This document shows positions 8,355 through 18,754 of a stretch of DNA of 32,000 nucleotides, piece after piece. The notes below the pieces were generated by a model. That model saw only the letters and a list, made by a program, of their open reading frames with translations. It was not told the DNA's origin and did not search any database. The DNA lies in contig JAUWKS010000009.1 of assembly GCA_030614005.1 (NCBI GenBank), positions 41,068 to 73,067 of the forward strand, read 5' to 3'. The position numbers and the translations under genes are program-made. Source of the DNA: Candidatus Heimdallarchaeota archaeon. Its GTDB lineage: Archaea; Asgardarchaeota; Heimdallarchaeia; JABLTI01. How positions within the stretch are numbered: the stretch's first letter is position 1; the number at the start of each line of letters is the position of its first letter.

Positions 8355-9791
8355 TTAACTGACTACACCATTATTCTTAGGTGGTCCATTTGGTAAAGTG
8401 TAAAATGCTGGTATTAGCAAACAAAATCCTGAAATTAGTATGAACATTGGAGTTAGAAATCCATATGGTTGAGGAATTGCATCATAAAGAAGACCGCCAA
8501 TCAACCCTCCTGGTATCCAACCAATGGTTCTGAAAATGGCAATTGAATTATACACTTTACTCTTTCGTTTTGCTTCCACATTTGTGAAGAGTGATATGGT
8601 AGAAGGTATCCACAAAGCTATTGATAATCCCACTGCAATACGTGAAAGAAACAATATCCAAATATGCTGTGGGAAGAAAACAAATACCACTACTAACCCT
8701 GCCCAGAATAAACCACAAAGTTCAGATGTGAAAAGAAGAGCTCGTGCACCTAATTTATCTGCAAACCATCCTGAGGGAAACATTGCAACAATAACAGTAA
8801 CGTTTGTAGCAAGTATTAAATTACTAATATCTAAATCATTTAAGGCATTTACACCCAGTAAATCAGCATCTAGTAATCCTGCCCAATGAACACCTAAACC
8901 AATAGACCAGAAGGTAGCATCTAAGAAAAAAGTAAATGCAACTCTTAATACCCATTTATCTTTGAATGTTTCAACAAACCCTCTTAATATTCCCTTCTTT
9001 TCATGTTTTTCTACTCGAGCAGTAGAGATTTCTTCTGGTTCATTTGATAATTCAATAACCTCTTTGAATTCTTCTTTCTCTTCCTCTTCTATTTCATCAA
9101 AAGTTTCTGACCATTTATCTTGTTTTACAACTCTTGTTGGATCTGTAATAAACAACAAAGTAACTAGAGCAATAACCATAACAACAATTGCACTATACAA
9201 ATAGAAGAACGATCGTTCACGATTTGTAAATAATGTAATGGTACTTAGAATAACTGGAATTAGTGCGGAAACAGCAATTTCACCCATTCGACCGAAAAAA
9301 TTCGTAAGAGAAAGGATCTTCCCTTTTTGTTTATCACCTGCAGTTTCAGTCAACATAATTGAATTTGGTGATTCATTTAGTGAAAAGGCAAAGCTCAAAA
9401 TTAGCACAGCGATGATTACCCAGATGATTTGAGTTGGTCTAGTAATAAAGAAGACATATGATGCAGAGACTAATACTAAACCAATAATTAGCACTCGTTT
9501 ATACCCTATTAAGTCGTTCAGATAATCAGCAAAAATAAACCCTACTAACCCACAGAGAGAAGCAACTGTGGCAATAATGCCAATTAATCGTTCTGAATCT
9601 TTAATATATAGAAAAAAGGGGTTGTAAAAAGTAAAATGGATGATATTCGCAGAACCAGTAAAGAATGCAGAAATTGCGAAGAAAGTAATATTTCTTCTTC
9701 TTTGTTCCTTTGATAAGAATTGCCTTCCCGGAGTGGGATCCTCTTGAACGAGGCTTAAAATTTCTTCATCTGCTTCCTTTTTAATTGTCAA
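8355..9791 (-). CDS. MFS transporter (12 TM, long acidic central loop)
   Basis: Motif A variants ADYLNDLIGYKR and GWFADKLGAR, two 6-TM halves and an acidic linker. TTG start with GGTG 9 nt upstream. Confidence 0.88.
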   Translation of the reverse strand: MTIKKEADEEILSLVQEDPTPGRQFLSKEQRRRNITFFAISAFFTGSANIIHFTFYNPFFLYIKDSERLIGIIATVASLCGLVGFIFADYLNDLIGYKRVLIIGLVLVSASYVFFITRPTQIIWVIIAVLILSFAFSLNESPNSIMLTETAGDKQKGKILSLTNFFGRMGEIAVSALIPVILSTITLFTNRERSFFYLYSAIVVMVIALVTLLFITDPTRVVKQDKWSETFDEIEEEEKEEFKEVIELSNEPEEISTARVEKHEKKGILRGFVETFKDKWVLRVAFTFFLDATFWSIGLGVHWAGLLDADLLGVNALNDLDISNLILATNVTVIVAMFPSGWFADKLGARALLFTSELCGLFWAGLVVVFVFFPQHIWILFLSRIAVGLSIALWIPSTISLFTNVEAKRKSKVYNSIAIFRTIGWIPGGLIGGLLYDAIPQPYGFLTPMFILISGFCLLIPAFYTLPNGPPKNNGVVS

Positions 9792-9912
9792 TTAGTGCTT
9801 CACCATTTAAAGATCAAAAAAAGCTCTCTTCCTATAAGAACTGATTCAATTTTCTCAGCTCTAAATTATTAAACATTTACTCGACATTGTTTGAAGAAAA
9901 AGATAAAAGAAG

Positions 9913-10905
9913 CTACGTTAATTGAGCTGCTTTTTCTCGAAGAAGTTTCCGATATTTCTTTTGTAATGACAATAACTTGTTGAATTTCTCTTCTGATAAA
10001 CCTTCAACTAAGTGGAAATTTTCTTCGTTGGTAATCATTTGTTGTTTTTCTTCATCTGCGAAATTTAAAATAAATTCTTTTGTTTCAGGGAAAACATCTA
10101 TGAGTTTCTTTAGTGGCAATATAGATTTTCCTGAGTATGCAATAGATGCTGGTTTTAATGAATGAATATTTCCATTAAAGGAAATTGCTGTTCCTCCATT
10201 CTTTCTGATAAAATCTAACATTTGAATATCTGTAATACTATCGCCAACTGCTATTGCTTCATCTGGTTCGCATGAATATTCCTGTAAAATATCGATTACA
10301 TTTTCTTTCTTTCTACCCCCACCACAAACAATTGTCTCCTCAAAGATTGGACCAAAAGATGATTTTGGAATTTCCTTGAAGAAGAATCTATCAAGATCCT
10401 TTTTTACTTCTGCTAAACCATTTTTTAAGAAATTAGGAAAAATGTCATCAAATAAAAGGTTCAAAACATCAGTATCTTGTGGTTTTAGAGAGAAATCAAG
10501 TTTTGTACATCGCACGTTTTCTGTAGGATGATTAAGTTTCTCTGCAATTGTATGTGCATGTTGGGAATAGCTTGTCGAAATAATATATGTTGGAATATCT
10601 TTTTTGTGTAAATAATCGAAGAGTTCAACAGCTCCTTCTGTAGGTTCTGCCTTTTGAGATAGTGCTATCATTTCATCTTCTTCGGCAAAAGAGACAACTA
10701 TGGGAGCAATCAATTTGAGTGTATCTCCTGGCCAGTATCCTTCTTTCTTATCAACTAAGAATAACTCATCATCATAATCACTGATCATTTTGAAAAGCTG
10801 GTAGAAGTTTTGTTCCTTTCCTAACTTCTTACCAATACTTTCTATTACATCAGCTGCGTGATCGATTGGACAGAGAGGCCCCTCAAGATCAAAGAAACAA
10901 ATCAT
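9913..10905 (-). CDS. HAD-superfamily hydrolase, COG4030/EhaR-like
   Basis: Motif I FDLEGP, YxPGDTLKLIAP, ISTSY, GGGRK, AVGDSITD and SFNGN. Confidence 0.8.
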   Translation of the reverse strand: MICFFDLEGPLCPIDHAADVIESIGKKLGKEQNFYQLFKMISDYDDELFLVDKKEGYWPGDTLKLIAPIVVSFAEEDEMIALSQKAEPTEGAVELFDYLHKKDIPTYIISTSYSQHAHTIAEKLNHPTENVRCTKLDFSLKPQDTDVLNLLFDDIFPNFLKNGLAEVKKDLDRFFFKEIPKSSFGPIFEETIVCGGGRKKENVIDILQEYSCEPDEAIAVGDSITDIQMLDFIRKNGGTAISFNGNIHSLKPASIAYSGKSILPLKKLIDVFPETKEFILNFADEEKQQMITNEENFHLVEGLSEEKFNKLLSLQKKYRKLLREKAAQLT

Positions 10906-11104
10906 AAACTTTCTTTGTTAACTAACTACTAAAGAGTTTTTGTTATTATTTGATTTTTTGCGAGTCCGATCAACTCCATATGTAATTTGGAAATGTTTGT
11001 TCGATAGTGGATTGTATGTCCCAATGAACTTTTCTTGAAAAGCTTTCACGAGTTCCACAAATAATTCATTCAAAAATGAACTAAGTTAGAAAACTAATTT
11101 TCTC

Positions 11105-12373
11105 TTATTCGTTTTTGGGTTGTTTTAGGAAAAAGGCAATCACAATTGCTCCTACACTGAAAACTCCCATAGTAATAAATAACCCCCAAACTCCAAATAT
11201 TTCTCCTATAGGCTTGGTTAATAATGCGCCTGAAACACCAGCAATTCCGTAAGCAGTGTAAATTACTCCATAATTTGGTCCAAGATTTTTCGCACCAAAT
11301 AAATCAATTGTAGCTGTTGGATATAAAGAGAAATTACCACCGAAACAGAAATAGATTAAACAAACCCAAATAAAGAACATTACTTGACTATGTATCGTCA
11401 AAGCAAAGGTAACCATTAATACAGTTTGTAATCCTGCAAAGCTATATAATATCTTTTTATAACCAAAACTATCAGATAATTTTCCCCAAACAATTCGTCC
11501 TAGTCCATTAAATAAAGCTGCCCATGCACCCACTTGGCTTAAGAATAAATCATTTGACCAAGTTGCTGTTTTCCCAAATGTTTTATAATAACCGACAATG
11601 AAAAGACCAGATGCAGCAGTTAAAATGAACATTGACCATAACATCCAAAATTGAGGTAGCTTAACTGCTTTTTCTCTTGGAAAATCTTGAGTGCTAGCAA
11701 GTTCACTGCTTCCTTCTTTTAGAGCGGGGGGGTTCCATCCTTTAGGTTGATAATTTTCTGGTGGTAATTTAAGTGTCAATGATCCTCCAATAATCATTAT
11801 TGCAAAAATGAGTGCAAGAATACGTAATAAAGTTGGTACTCGGAGAAAGACCGTTGCATCAATAACAATATTGTCAGGGTTCACAAATGCTGTGGTAATA
11901 ATGTTAAAAATAAAAGCACTTGCACCAAATCCTGCAACAGCAAGTCCATTTATAAGTCCTTTTTTATCCGGAAACCACTTGGCTGCTGCAGCAATTGGAC
12001 ATACATAAGCAAACCCGATTCCAATTCCAAACATCATACCATATGTAAACAACATTCCTACAAAAGTAGTCATAAATGAGGAAAGTAATAATGCACCTGA
12101 TACAATTACACCACCTATAATTCCAACTTTCATGGGACCAATTTTATGTTGTAATTGTCCAGAAAAGATCATTGTTATCGCAAAGGTGAGTAAGCTGAGT
12201 GCAAAAATATACAAAGTTTGACTATTGTCTATTTCTGTTGCGCTATATGAATTTAAAAATGGAGTGATATAAGACCCCATATTACCCCAACAATAGATTG
12301 TCCCAAGAGCTAATTGAATAATAATGCCCCCTATGACAACAATCCACCTATTAAATACCCTTTCTTCAACCAT
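11105..12373 (-). CDS. OFA (oxalate:formate antiporter)-family MFS transporter
   Basis: RWIVVIGG..IQLALGTIYCW, KWFPDKKGLINGLAVAGFG, FNGLGRIVWGKLSD, GGNFSLYP, DLFG and NYGVIYTAYG. ATG 12373 has GGTG 9 nt upstream. Confidence 0.88.
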   Translation of the reverse strand: MVEERVFNRWIVVIGGIIIQLALGTIYCWGNMGSYITPFLNSYSATEIDNSQTLYIFALSLLTFAITMIFSGQLQHKIGPMKVGIIGGVIVSGALLLSSFMTTFVGMLFTYGMMFGIGIGFAYVCPIAAAAKWFPDKKGLINGLAVAGFGASAFIFNIITTAFVNPDNIVIDATVFLRVPTLLRILALIFAIMIIGGSLTLKLPPENYQPKGWNPPALKEGSSELASTQDFPREKAVKLPQFWMLWSMFILTAASGLFIVGYYKTFGKTATWSNDLFLSQVGAWAALFNGLGRIVWGKLSDSFGYKKILYSFAGLQTVLMVTFALTIHSQVMFFIWVCLIYFCFGGNFSLYPTATIDLFGAKNLGPNYGVIYTAYGIAGVSGALLTKPIGEIFGVWGLFITMGVFSVGAIVIAFFLKQPKNE

Positions 12374-12456
12374 AATTTGTAACACCAGCAAAGTTTACCT
12401 TATAATGTGATTGGACTTCCATGTGAACTGATTTTAGTAGTTCTTTTAAATTCTTC

Positions 12457-12488
12457 TTGGAAAAGACATTCTACAAAAGTTTTTCCAA
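12457..12488 (-). terminator. Weak hairpin after purD
   Basis: TTGGAAAA (12457-12464) and TTTTCCAA (12481-12488) form an inverted repeat ~20 nt past the purD stop. Confidence 0.25.
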
Positions 12489-12508
12489 CAATAGACAAAG
12501 AGATGTGT

Positions 12509-13846
12509 TCATAAAATATTCAACTCTTTTAGGTGGTCAATCCTTTTTTGGATTAGTGCTTTCGTGCCAACATCTTTTCTGTGGAACAGAGGTCCTTTAA
12601 CATACGTTGTTGCTTTTTCAGCTATTTCTTCCGCTTGTTCTATAGTGTCTGCAATACCTACTATAGCTATTGCTCGAGAGGATGTAGTGATTATTTTGCC
12701 TTCTAGTTCACTGACAGAAGAATAGAATAAATCAGCACCTTCGTTTAGTATTTTTTCAACGGCAACATCTATTGGTTCTTCCTTTTTAGGTGACACTGGA
12801 TAGCCTTCAGGAACGAGATATTTGCAAACAGTAGCCTTTTGTTCGAATTCCACTTTAAGGGTTGCAAGTTCCTTTTTGATCATTGCGCTGAAAATATCAA
12901 TGAGAGGTGTTTTCAAGAGTGGCAATACATTCATTGCTTCGGGGTCACCAAAACGAACATTGTATTCAAGGAGTTTCAATCCTTTTGTGGATAGCATAAA
13001 TCCGCCATATAAAATTCCACAATAATCTTGCCCAGTTTCTTCTTTTATTGCCTTGGCAGATTTTTTGATAATGTCTTTTGCTTCCTCAACAATTTTTGCT
13101 TGAATAAATGGTAATAGATGATCTTCTGCACTATATGATCCCATTCCACCTGTATTTGGTCCTTGATCTCCATCATAAGCTCGTTTGTGGTCTTGAGCTA
13201 TTGGGGTAGAAATTATGTCTTCTCCTGAAACAAAACATTGTAATGAGAATTCTTCTCCAACAAGTAATTCTTCTAAAACAACTGGTTCCCCTTGTTGGAA
13301 AATTTCTTTACAGAATGCAACTACTTCATCAATTCCTTTGAGATGTTCACCCATTAACTTTACACCTTTTCCACCAGCAAGCCCATCTCTTTTCACAACT
13401 ACTTTTCCGAGCTTGTTAATGTAATCAATAATGTCTTGATCCTTTGAATCAGGTTGAAAAACTTTGAATTCAATTATCCCTGGAATGTTATATTTTTTCA
13501 TTAATTCTCGAGTAAAACTCTTTGAAGCTTCCACTCTAGCATTAGTTTTCATAGGACCTATTGACTCTACACCTTTATCCTGTAAGAAATCAACAATACC
13601 TTCAGCTAAAGGATTCTCAGGACCAATAACAGCAAAATCAGGATGAACATCACTAATGAATTCCTCCAGAGCACCATAATCATTTAGCTTTGCAATTTTC
13701 ACTTTTGTTGATAGTTTTGCTATCCCTGGGTTTTTTGCTTTCATGAAAGCATAAAGCTCTAAATCACTTCGTTTCAGTGCTTTTGCTATTGCGTGTTCTC
13801 TTGCTCCTTGTCCAACTAGTAGTACTTTACTTCTTTTTCCAACCAT
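12509..13846 (-). CDS. purD: Phosphoribosylamine--glycine ligase
   Basis: GQGAREHAIA, IGPENPLAEG, EASKSFTR, DGLAGGKGV, QDHKRAYDGDQGPNTGGMGSYS, EYNVRFGDPE and LFHRKDVG. Confidence 0.97.
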   Translation of the reverse strand: MVGKRSKVLLVGQGAREHAIAKALKRSDLELYAFMKAKNPGIAKLSTKVKIAKLNDYGALEEFISDVHPDFAVIGPENPLAEGIVDFLQDKGVESIGPMKTNARVEASKSFTRELMKKYNIPGIIEFKVFQPDSKDQDIIDYINKLGKVVVKRDGLAGGKGVKLMGEHLKGIDEVVAFCKEIFQQGEPVVLEELLVGEEFSLQCFVSGEDIISTPIAQDHKRAYDGDQGPNTGGMGSYSAEDHLLPFIQAKIVEEAKDIIKKSAKAIKEETGQDYCGILYGGFMLSTKGLKLLEYNVRFGDPEAMNVLPLLKTPLIDIFSAMIKKELATLKVEFEQKATVCKYLVPEGYPVSPKKEEPIDVAVEKILNEGADLFYSSVSELEGKIITTSSRAIAIVGIADTIEQAEEIAEKATTYVKGPLFHRKDVGTKALIQKRIDHLKELNIL

Positions 13847-14057
13847 TTTTCTTCACTTCTACTTTAATTTTGAATAACAATCTTTTAAACTTTTCATTTT
13901 ACTCGTATGGTTAAACGCTGATTTCATTTCTACACTGACTATTAATTTGAGATTTATCGTCTATTTACTAAGTAAATGAAAAAGAGCTATTTCTGATATT
14001 TTTTAATTATTAGTTATTAAATAATTTAACTGGGTTATCTAATTGAGTGATAACTGA

Positions 14058-14951
14058 ATGTTCAGTCTTGCTAGTTTCTTAATTACTATGAGAGAAACAA
14101 TTGAAGCGGCATTAATAATTGGTATTCTTTTAGCTTACGTTAAGAAAGTTGACCATAGAGAATTGCGTAGAGACATTTGGATTGGTACAGTATTAGCCAT
14201 CCTAACTTCAATTGGTTCTGCTTTAATATTCTATTTTGTTTTAGGAAGTTTTGAACAATATGAAGAAATCATAGAAGGCATTGCAATGATTTTAGCAGCC
14301 ACAATCCTAACTTGGGTTATAATCTGGATGATGAGAACTAGTAAGGATATTAAAGGCAATCTTGAAAACAAAATAGAGATGACAATAAAAACAGAGCAAA
14401 GGTTTGGTTTAGTTTTTCTTGCATTTATTTCAGTTGTTCGAGAAGGCATTGAAACAGTCCTTTTTATGACAGGGGTGATTGCAACTGAAAGTGATACATT
14501 CACGATTATTTGGTCAAGTATGGCAGGCATAGCTGTTTCTATTGTTATTGCGGTGATTATTTTCTGGTCTGGACAGAATATCGGTTTAAAACAATTCTTT
14601 ACTGTTACAAGCATCTTTTTGATAATTTTTGCCGGAGGGATGTTTGCTCACGGTTTACATGAACTTCAAGAAGTCGGTTGGTTTGGTTCTGAGAGCTTTT
14701 TCTTCCAACAAACTGTTTGGGATACCAGCCACATACTAAATGATAGCACCTCTGAGATTGGAAAATTCTTTAGAGCATTGGTAGGTTATCAAGATAAACC
14801 AACTTGGTTAGAGCTTATATCCTATGTAACTTATATGATTGGAGTAATTACCGCCGTTTTACTAATTGTCTTCTCAAAGGGAAAAATCATCCAAGATGTT
14901 CCTATAGAAAATCAAATTGAAGAAATTAAAGATGAGATCACACTTCAGTAA
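14058..14951 (+). CDS. ftr1: FTR1/EfeU-family iron permease
   Basis: Two REXXE iron-binding motifs (RETIE, REGIE), about 7 TM segments, GLHELQE, WDTS.IL and LVGYQDKP. Confidence 0.92.
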   Translation: MFSLASFLITMRETIEAALIIGILLAYVKKVDHRELRRDIWIGTVLAILTSIGSALIFYFVLGSFEQYEEIIEGIAMILAATILTWVIIWMMRTSKDIKGNLENKIEMTIKTEQRFGLVFLAFISVVREGIETVLFMTGVIATESDTFTIIWSSMAGIAVSIVIAVIIFWSGQNIGLKQFFTVTSIFLIIFAGGMFAHGLHELQEVGWFGSESFFFQQTVWDTSHILNDSTSEIGKFFRALVGYQDKPTWLELISYVTYMIGVITAVLLIVFSKGKIIQDVPIENQIEEIKDEITLQ

Positions 14952-14975
14952 TTACAATTGAAGAAGAAACAAGTA

Positions 14976-16436
14976 CTAGCTTTCTCTTTCACATAATCCT
15001 TGAGACGGTGGAGATTTAATTGGATAATTCCCAGTAAGACAAGCTAAGCAGAGATTATTATTGTCAGGCCAGAGATCGAAACCAATTGAATTAACCAATA
15101 ATGGGACTGTGTTGTAGATTATAGCATCTACACCAACTAGTTCAGCTATTGCCTCATCAGTTCGTCCACAAGCAATTAATTCTCGTTCTGTTGGAAAATC
15201 AGTACCCATAAAACATGGGTGGATTAATTTAGGGCAACTGATTGCGAAATAAACTTTTTCTGCTCCAGCATCACGAATCATTTTAATGATTCCTTTTGAT
15301 GTCGTACCTCTTACAATTGAATCATCAACTAGAACCACTTTCTTGCCTTTGACAAGATTCGACATTACATTCAGTTTTAGCTTCACTGCTTCCTCACGGG
15401 CAGCTTGTCTTGGCATAATAAACGTTCTTCCAACATAACGATTTCTAATTAGTGCTTCAGAATATTCTATCTCTGTTTCTTTGGAGAAACCTATGGCTGC
15501 AATTCTACCTGAATCGGGTATCGGTACTACGAGATCTGCTTCGTACCCTCTTTCTTTGAATAATTTTCCTAGAGCACGACCGATTTTTTCTCTCGCTTCA
15601 TAGGTTGATACGCCATCTATTACTGCGTCAGGTCGAGCAAAGTAAACCCATTCAAACATGCAATGGGCAATTTTCTCCTTTTTAATTAGTCGTTTATGTT
15701 TAATGCTTTTTTCATTGACAATAAGCATTTCACCTGGTTTGATATCACCTTCAGATTTTGCCCCGACAATAGTTAGCCCTATCGTTTCTGAAGCGATAAC
15801 AAAATCTCCCTCGCGTGTTTTTCCATAACACATAGGTTTGAATCCTAGTGGATCTCTTAATGCAATCAGTTCCCCTCTGCTTGTTGTGATGAGAATTGAA
15901 TAGGCACCATCTAGGTTTTCGATAAGTAATTTACAAGCTTTAGCCATATCGCCTTTTTCTTGTTCTAAACCGAAATCAAGGAGTTTGCCAATTACTTCCG
16001 TATCTGTGTCATGACTAAAACGATAACCTTCTTCCATAAGAAAATCTCGAACTTGTTCATAATTAGCAATTGTACCATTGAAGGCAATTGCAATCTTCAT
16101 CGTTCTAGTTTGCATAACAAAAGGTTGAATACCTATTGTTAAATCAACACCTGCTGTTGGATAGCGAACATGCCCGATGCCAAATTTACCTTTTAAGGAT
16201 GCAAGTATTGTTTTATCAAAAATATCTTTTACAAAACCAAGATCAGAAATTGTTCGCATATTTTTCTTATTGACTATCGTAATTCCAGCACTAGATTGTC
16301 CTCTATGCTGCAAAGCTAACAACCCTTGATACAGCAAGAAACCTAAATCGTTGATACGTTTCGTGGTTCTTATTCCAATAATTCCACAATGTTCTCTAGG
16401 TTTGTCAATTTCCAAGCAAGCATCCTCAAGCGACAT
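14976..16436 (-). CDS. purF: Amidophosphoribosyltransferase, [4Fe-4S] type with propeptide
   Basis: REHCGIIG (Cys nucleophile after a short propeptide), QHRGQ, GHVRYPT, CMFEWVYFARPD, PIPDSG, VDDSIVRGTT, CP...PCFMG and CLACLTG. Confidence 0.97.
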   Translation of the reverse strand: MSLEDACLEIDKPREHCGIIGIRTTKRINDLGFLLYQGLLALQHRGQSSAGITIVNKKNMRTISDLGFVKDIFDKTILASLKGKFGIGHVRYPTAGVDLTIGIQPFVMQTRTMKIAIAFNGTIANYEQVRDFLMEEGYRFSHDTDTEVIGKLLDFGLEQEKGDMAKACKLLIENLDGAYSILITTSRGELIALRDPLGFKPMCYGKTREGDFVIASETIGLTIVGAKSEGDIKPGEMLIVNEKSIKHKRLIKKEKIAHCMFEWVYFARPDAVIDGVSTYEAREKIGRALGKLFKERGYEADLVVPIPDSGRIAAIGFSKETEIEYSEALIRNRYVGRTFIMPRQAAREEAVKLKLNVMSNLVKGKKVVLVDDSIVRGTTSKGIIKMIRDAGAEKVYFAISCPKLIHPCFMGTDFPTERELIACGRTDEAIAELVGVDAIIYNTVPLLVNSIGFDLWPDNNNLCLACLTGNYPIKSPPSQGLCERES

Positions 16437-16502
16437 TTTCCTCTATGGTTTTAAAATTTTTAGATTAACCATCAAATGAAAAAATAAATTATGAAGGAGA
16501 AT

Positions 16503-18752
16503 TCATTTCTGAATTTTGCCTTCCATTTCTTCTTCCATTCTAAATTTCCACTTTTGTTTGATTTCTTCAAGTGGTAATTCTATAATATTAGTATCATTAC
16601 CGTTGCTTATTAGTAGTTTCTTGTCTTCTGTTACTGTTCCAATCAAAGTAGCAGGGATTTGGTGTTGGGCAAATTGAGCAACAACCTTTCCAAGATTTTC
16701 GTTAATCACAGTTACTAGGAATCTTCCGTGTGTTTCAGAGAATAGCCTGATATCTACTCGCTCCGTGTCAGCAGGCATTCGATGGATATCTATGTTATAT
16801 CCTAAATTGCTTGCCATTGCCATTTCAGTTAAAGTAACAAACAGTCCACCTTTTGATAGATCATGTGAAGCAGTAACTAGCTCAGAATTGATGATAGATA
16901 CCATATCTGCCAAAGTGTTCTTAGCTGTCGTAAAATCGACTTTTGGAACTTGACCGTTTTCTGTTTGATGAATAACTCGAGTATATTCTGATCCACCAAT
17001 TTCTGTTCTGGTTTCGCCAATTAGTATTATGTGTTGTTTTGGTGCTTTGAATTTATTATTCATTGCTTTAGAGACATCATCTATTAGTCCTGCTGCGAAT
17101 ATTACTGGCGAAGGTTTCACTGCAACATTATTTACCTGATCGTGATTGTAGAAACTAACATTTCCACCGACACAGGGAATATCAAGTGCTTTTGCTGCGT
17201 CTGCTATTCCTTCCACAACTTTTTCAAACGTCCAGAAAACTTTAGGATGCTCAGGATTACCAAAATTCAAGCAATCAGTGAATGCTATAGGTTCTGCACC
17301 AACTGCAGCTACATTACTACATGCTTCCATTAATACTCCTGCTCCACCGTTATACGGATCAAGATAACAATGATGTGAATTACCATCGAAAGTTGCTGCG
17401 ATACCTTTCTTTGAACCAAATTCGGTTAGTCGGAAAACGCCTCCATCACCTTGTCCTGACTTTATTGTTGAGTAAAGACCCACTTCAGTATCATATTGGC
17501 GATAGACCCATTCTCTACTTATAATATTGTCACTAGCCATTATTTTTCGGCAAATATCATTTAGCTCCTTAGTTTCTGGTTCTTTTGGCAACCATTTTCT
17601 ATCGAGCTTATCAAGGTAGTCTGGATATTCTGCAGTTCTATTTGCTGCGGGAGGTTTAGTAAGAAGGTGTGCTGGCAAGTCAACAATTGGTTTCCCTTTG
17701 TGGTTGACAACACATTTTCCACTGTCGGTTACTACACCTAAATCTTCGTAAGGAAGTTCATATTTCGCAAATATTGCACCTATTTTTGAAACATTTTCTG
17801 GTTTAACAACAAAGAACATCCTTTCTTGTGATTCACTAACAAGTATTTCCCAAGGCTCCATATCATCTTCACGAATTCGTATTTTCTCCAAATCGATTTC
17901 TGTTCCCGTTCCACCTGCATCTGCAGTTTCAGAGATAGAACAAGTTACTCCTGCTGCCCCCAAATCTTTTAGCCCTTCAACGACACCAGATTTTATTGCT
18001 TCAAGAGTTGCTTCAATAATCAACTTCTTCATATATGGATCGCCAATTTGCACTGCTCCTCTGTCGCTTTCAGATTCTTCTGTAATATCTTTAGATGCAA
18101 ATGATGCTCCACCGATACCATCTCTTCCTGTAGACCCACCAAGTAGAATCAATCTATCTCCAGGTGTTGTTGCTGTACTCAATGCCAATTCATCTTTTCG
18201 CATTATGCCAAAACAACCAACGTTGATTAAGCAATTTATTTGGAATGAAGGATCAAATTCGATTTCTCCACCGGCATTAGCAATACCAACACAATTTCCG
18301 TACCCACCTACTCCTTTAGTTACATGCTTAAGTAACCATTTTGTGTGGGGATCAGATAATTTGCCAAATCGGAAGCTATCTAGTAGACCTATTGGTCTCG
18401 CCCCCATACAGAGAATATCACGAATAATGCCACCAACGCCCGTAGCTGCGCCATTGTAGGGATCAAGAGCTGAAGGATGATTATGCGATTCTAGTTTAAA
18501 CACTAACGCTAATCCATCACCAATATCTACAACACCCGCATCTTCACCTGGACCACAAATTACTCTTGGGCCTTCGGTAGGTAGCAATGGGAGAATAGGA
18601 CGACTGCTTTTGTAAGAACAATGTTCCGAGTTCATTACTTCAAGCATAGCTGCTTCTGGTAAAGTTAAATCTCGTTGGAGCACTTTGAAAACAGCTGCTT
18701 TCTCTTCTGCGGTTAAGTTAATTTCATCTTGTTGTATTGTTTCTTGTGCCAA
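16503..18752 (-). CDS. purL: FGAM synthase subunit PurL (small type)
   Basis: SEHCSYKSS, GEDAGV, KLESHNHPS, GATGRDG-like GGSTGRDGIGGASFAS, DLGAAG, SESQERM, DCLNFGNP, GGNVSFYN and HDLSKGG. TTG start. Confidence 0.97.
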   Translation of the reverse strand: MAQETIQQDEINLTAEEKAAVFKVLQRDLTLPEAAMLEVMNSEHCSYKSSRPILPLLPTEGPRVICGPGEDAGVVDIGDGLALVFKLESHNHPSALDPYNGAATGVGGIIRDILCMGARPIGLLDSFRFGKLSDPHTKWLLKHVTKGVGGYGNCVGIANAGGEIEFDPSFQINCLINVGCFGIMRKDELALSTATTPGDRLILLGGSTGRDGIGGASFASKDITEESESDRGAVQIGDPYMKKLIIEATLEAIKSGVVEGLKDLGAAGVTCSISETADAGGTGTEIDLEKIRIREDDMEPWEILVSESQERMFFVVKPENVSKIGAIFAKYELPYEDLGVVTDSGKCVVNHKGKPIVDLPAHLLTKPPAANRTAEYPDYLDKLDRKWLPKEPETKELNDICRKIMASDNIISREWVYRQYDTEVGLYSTIKSGQGDGGVFRLTEFGSKKGIAATFDGNSHHCYLDPYNGGAGVLMEACSNVAAVGAEPIAFTDCLNFGNPEHPKVFWTFEKVVEGIADAAKALDIPCVGGNVSFYNHDQVNNVAVKPSPVIFAAGLIDDVSKAMNNKFKAPKQHIILIGETRTEIGGSEYTRVIHQTENGQVPKVDFTTAKNTLADMVSIINSELVTASHDLSKGGLFVTLTEMAMASNLGYNIDIHRMPADTERVDIRLFSETHGRFLVTVINENLGKVVAQFAQHQIPATLIGTVTEDKKLLISNGNDTNIIELPLEEIKQKWKFRMEEEMEGKIQK

Positions 18753-18754
18753 AA

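Noticed and set aside
9040-9110. (TTC)n-like low-complexity tract as a repeat element
   Set aside because: It encodes the Glu-rich central loop of the MFS transporter.
661-12488. Several short AT-rich inverted repeats (AAACTT-N6-AAGTTT at 661-678, TTTTC-TT-GAAAA near 11030, and TTCnnGAA-like 8-mers elsewhere)
   Set aside because: They are expected by chance at this base composition and have no supporting context.
14976-18752. Inteins or frameshifts in purF/purL
   Set aside because: Lengths and motif spacing are normal, with no intein-like insertions or broken frames.
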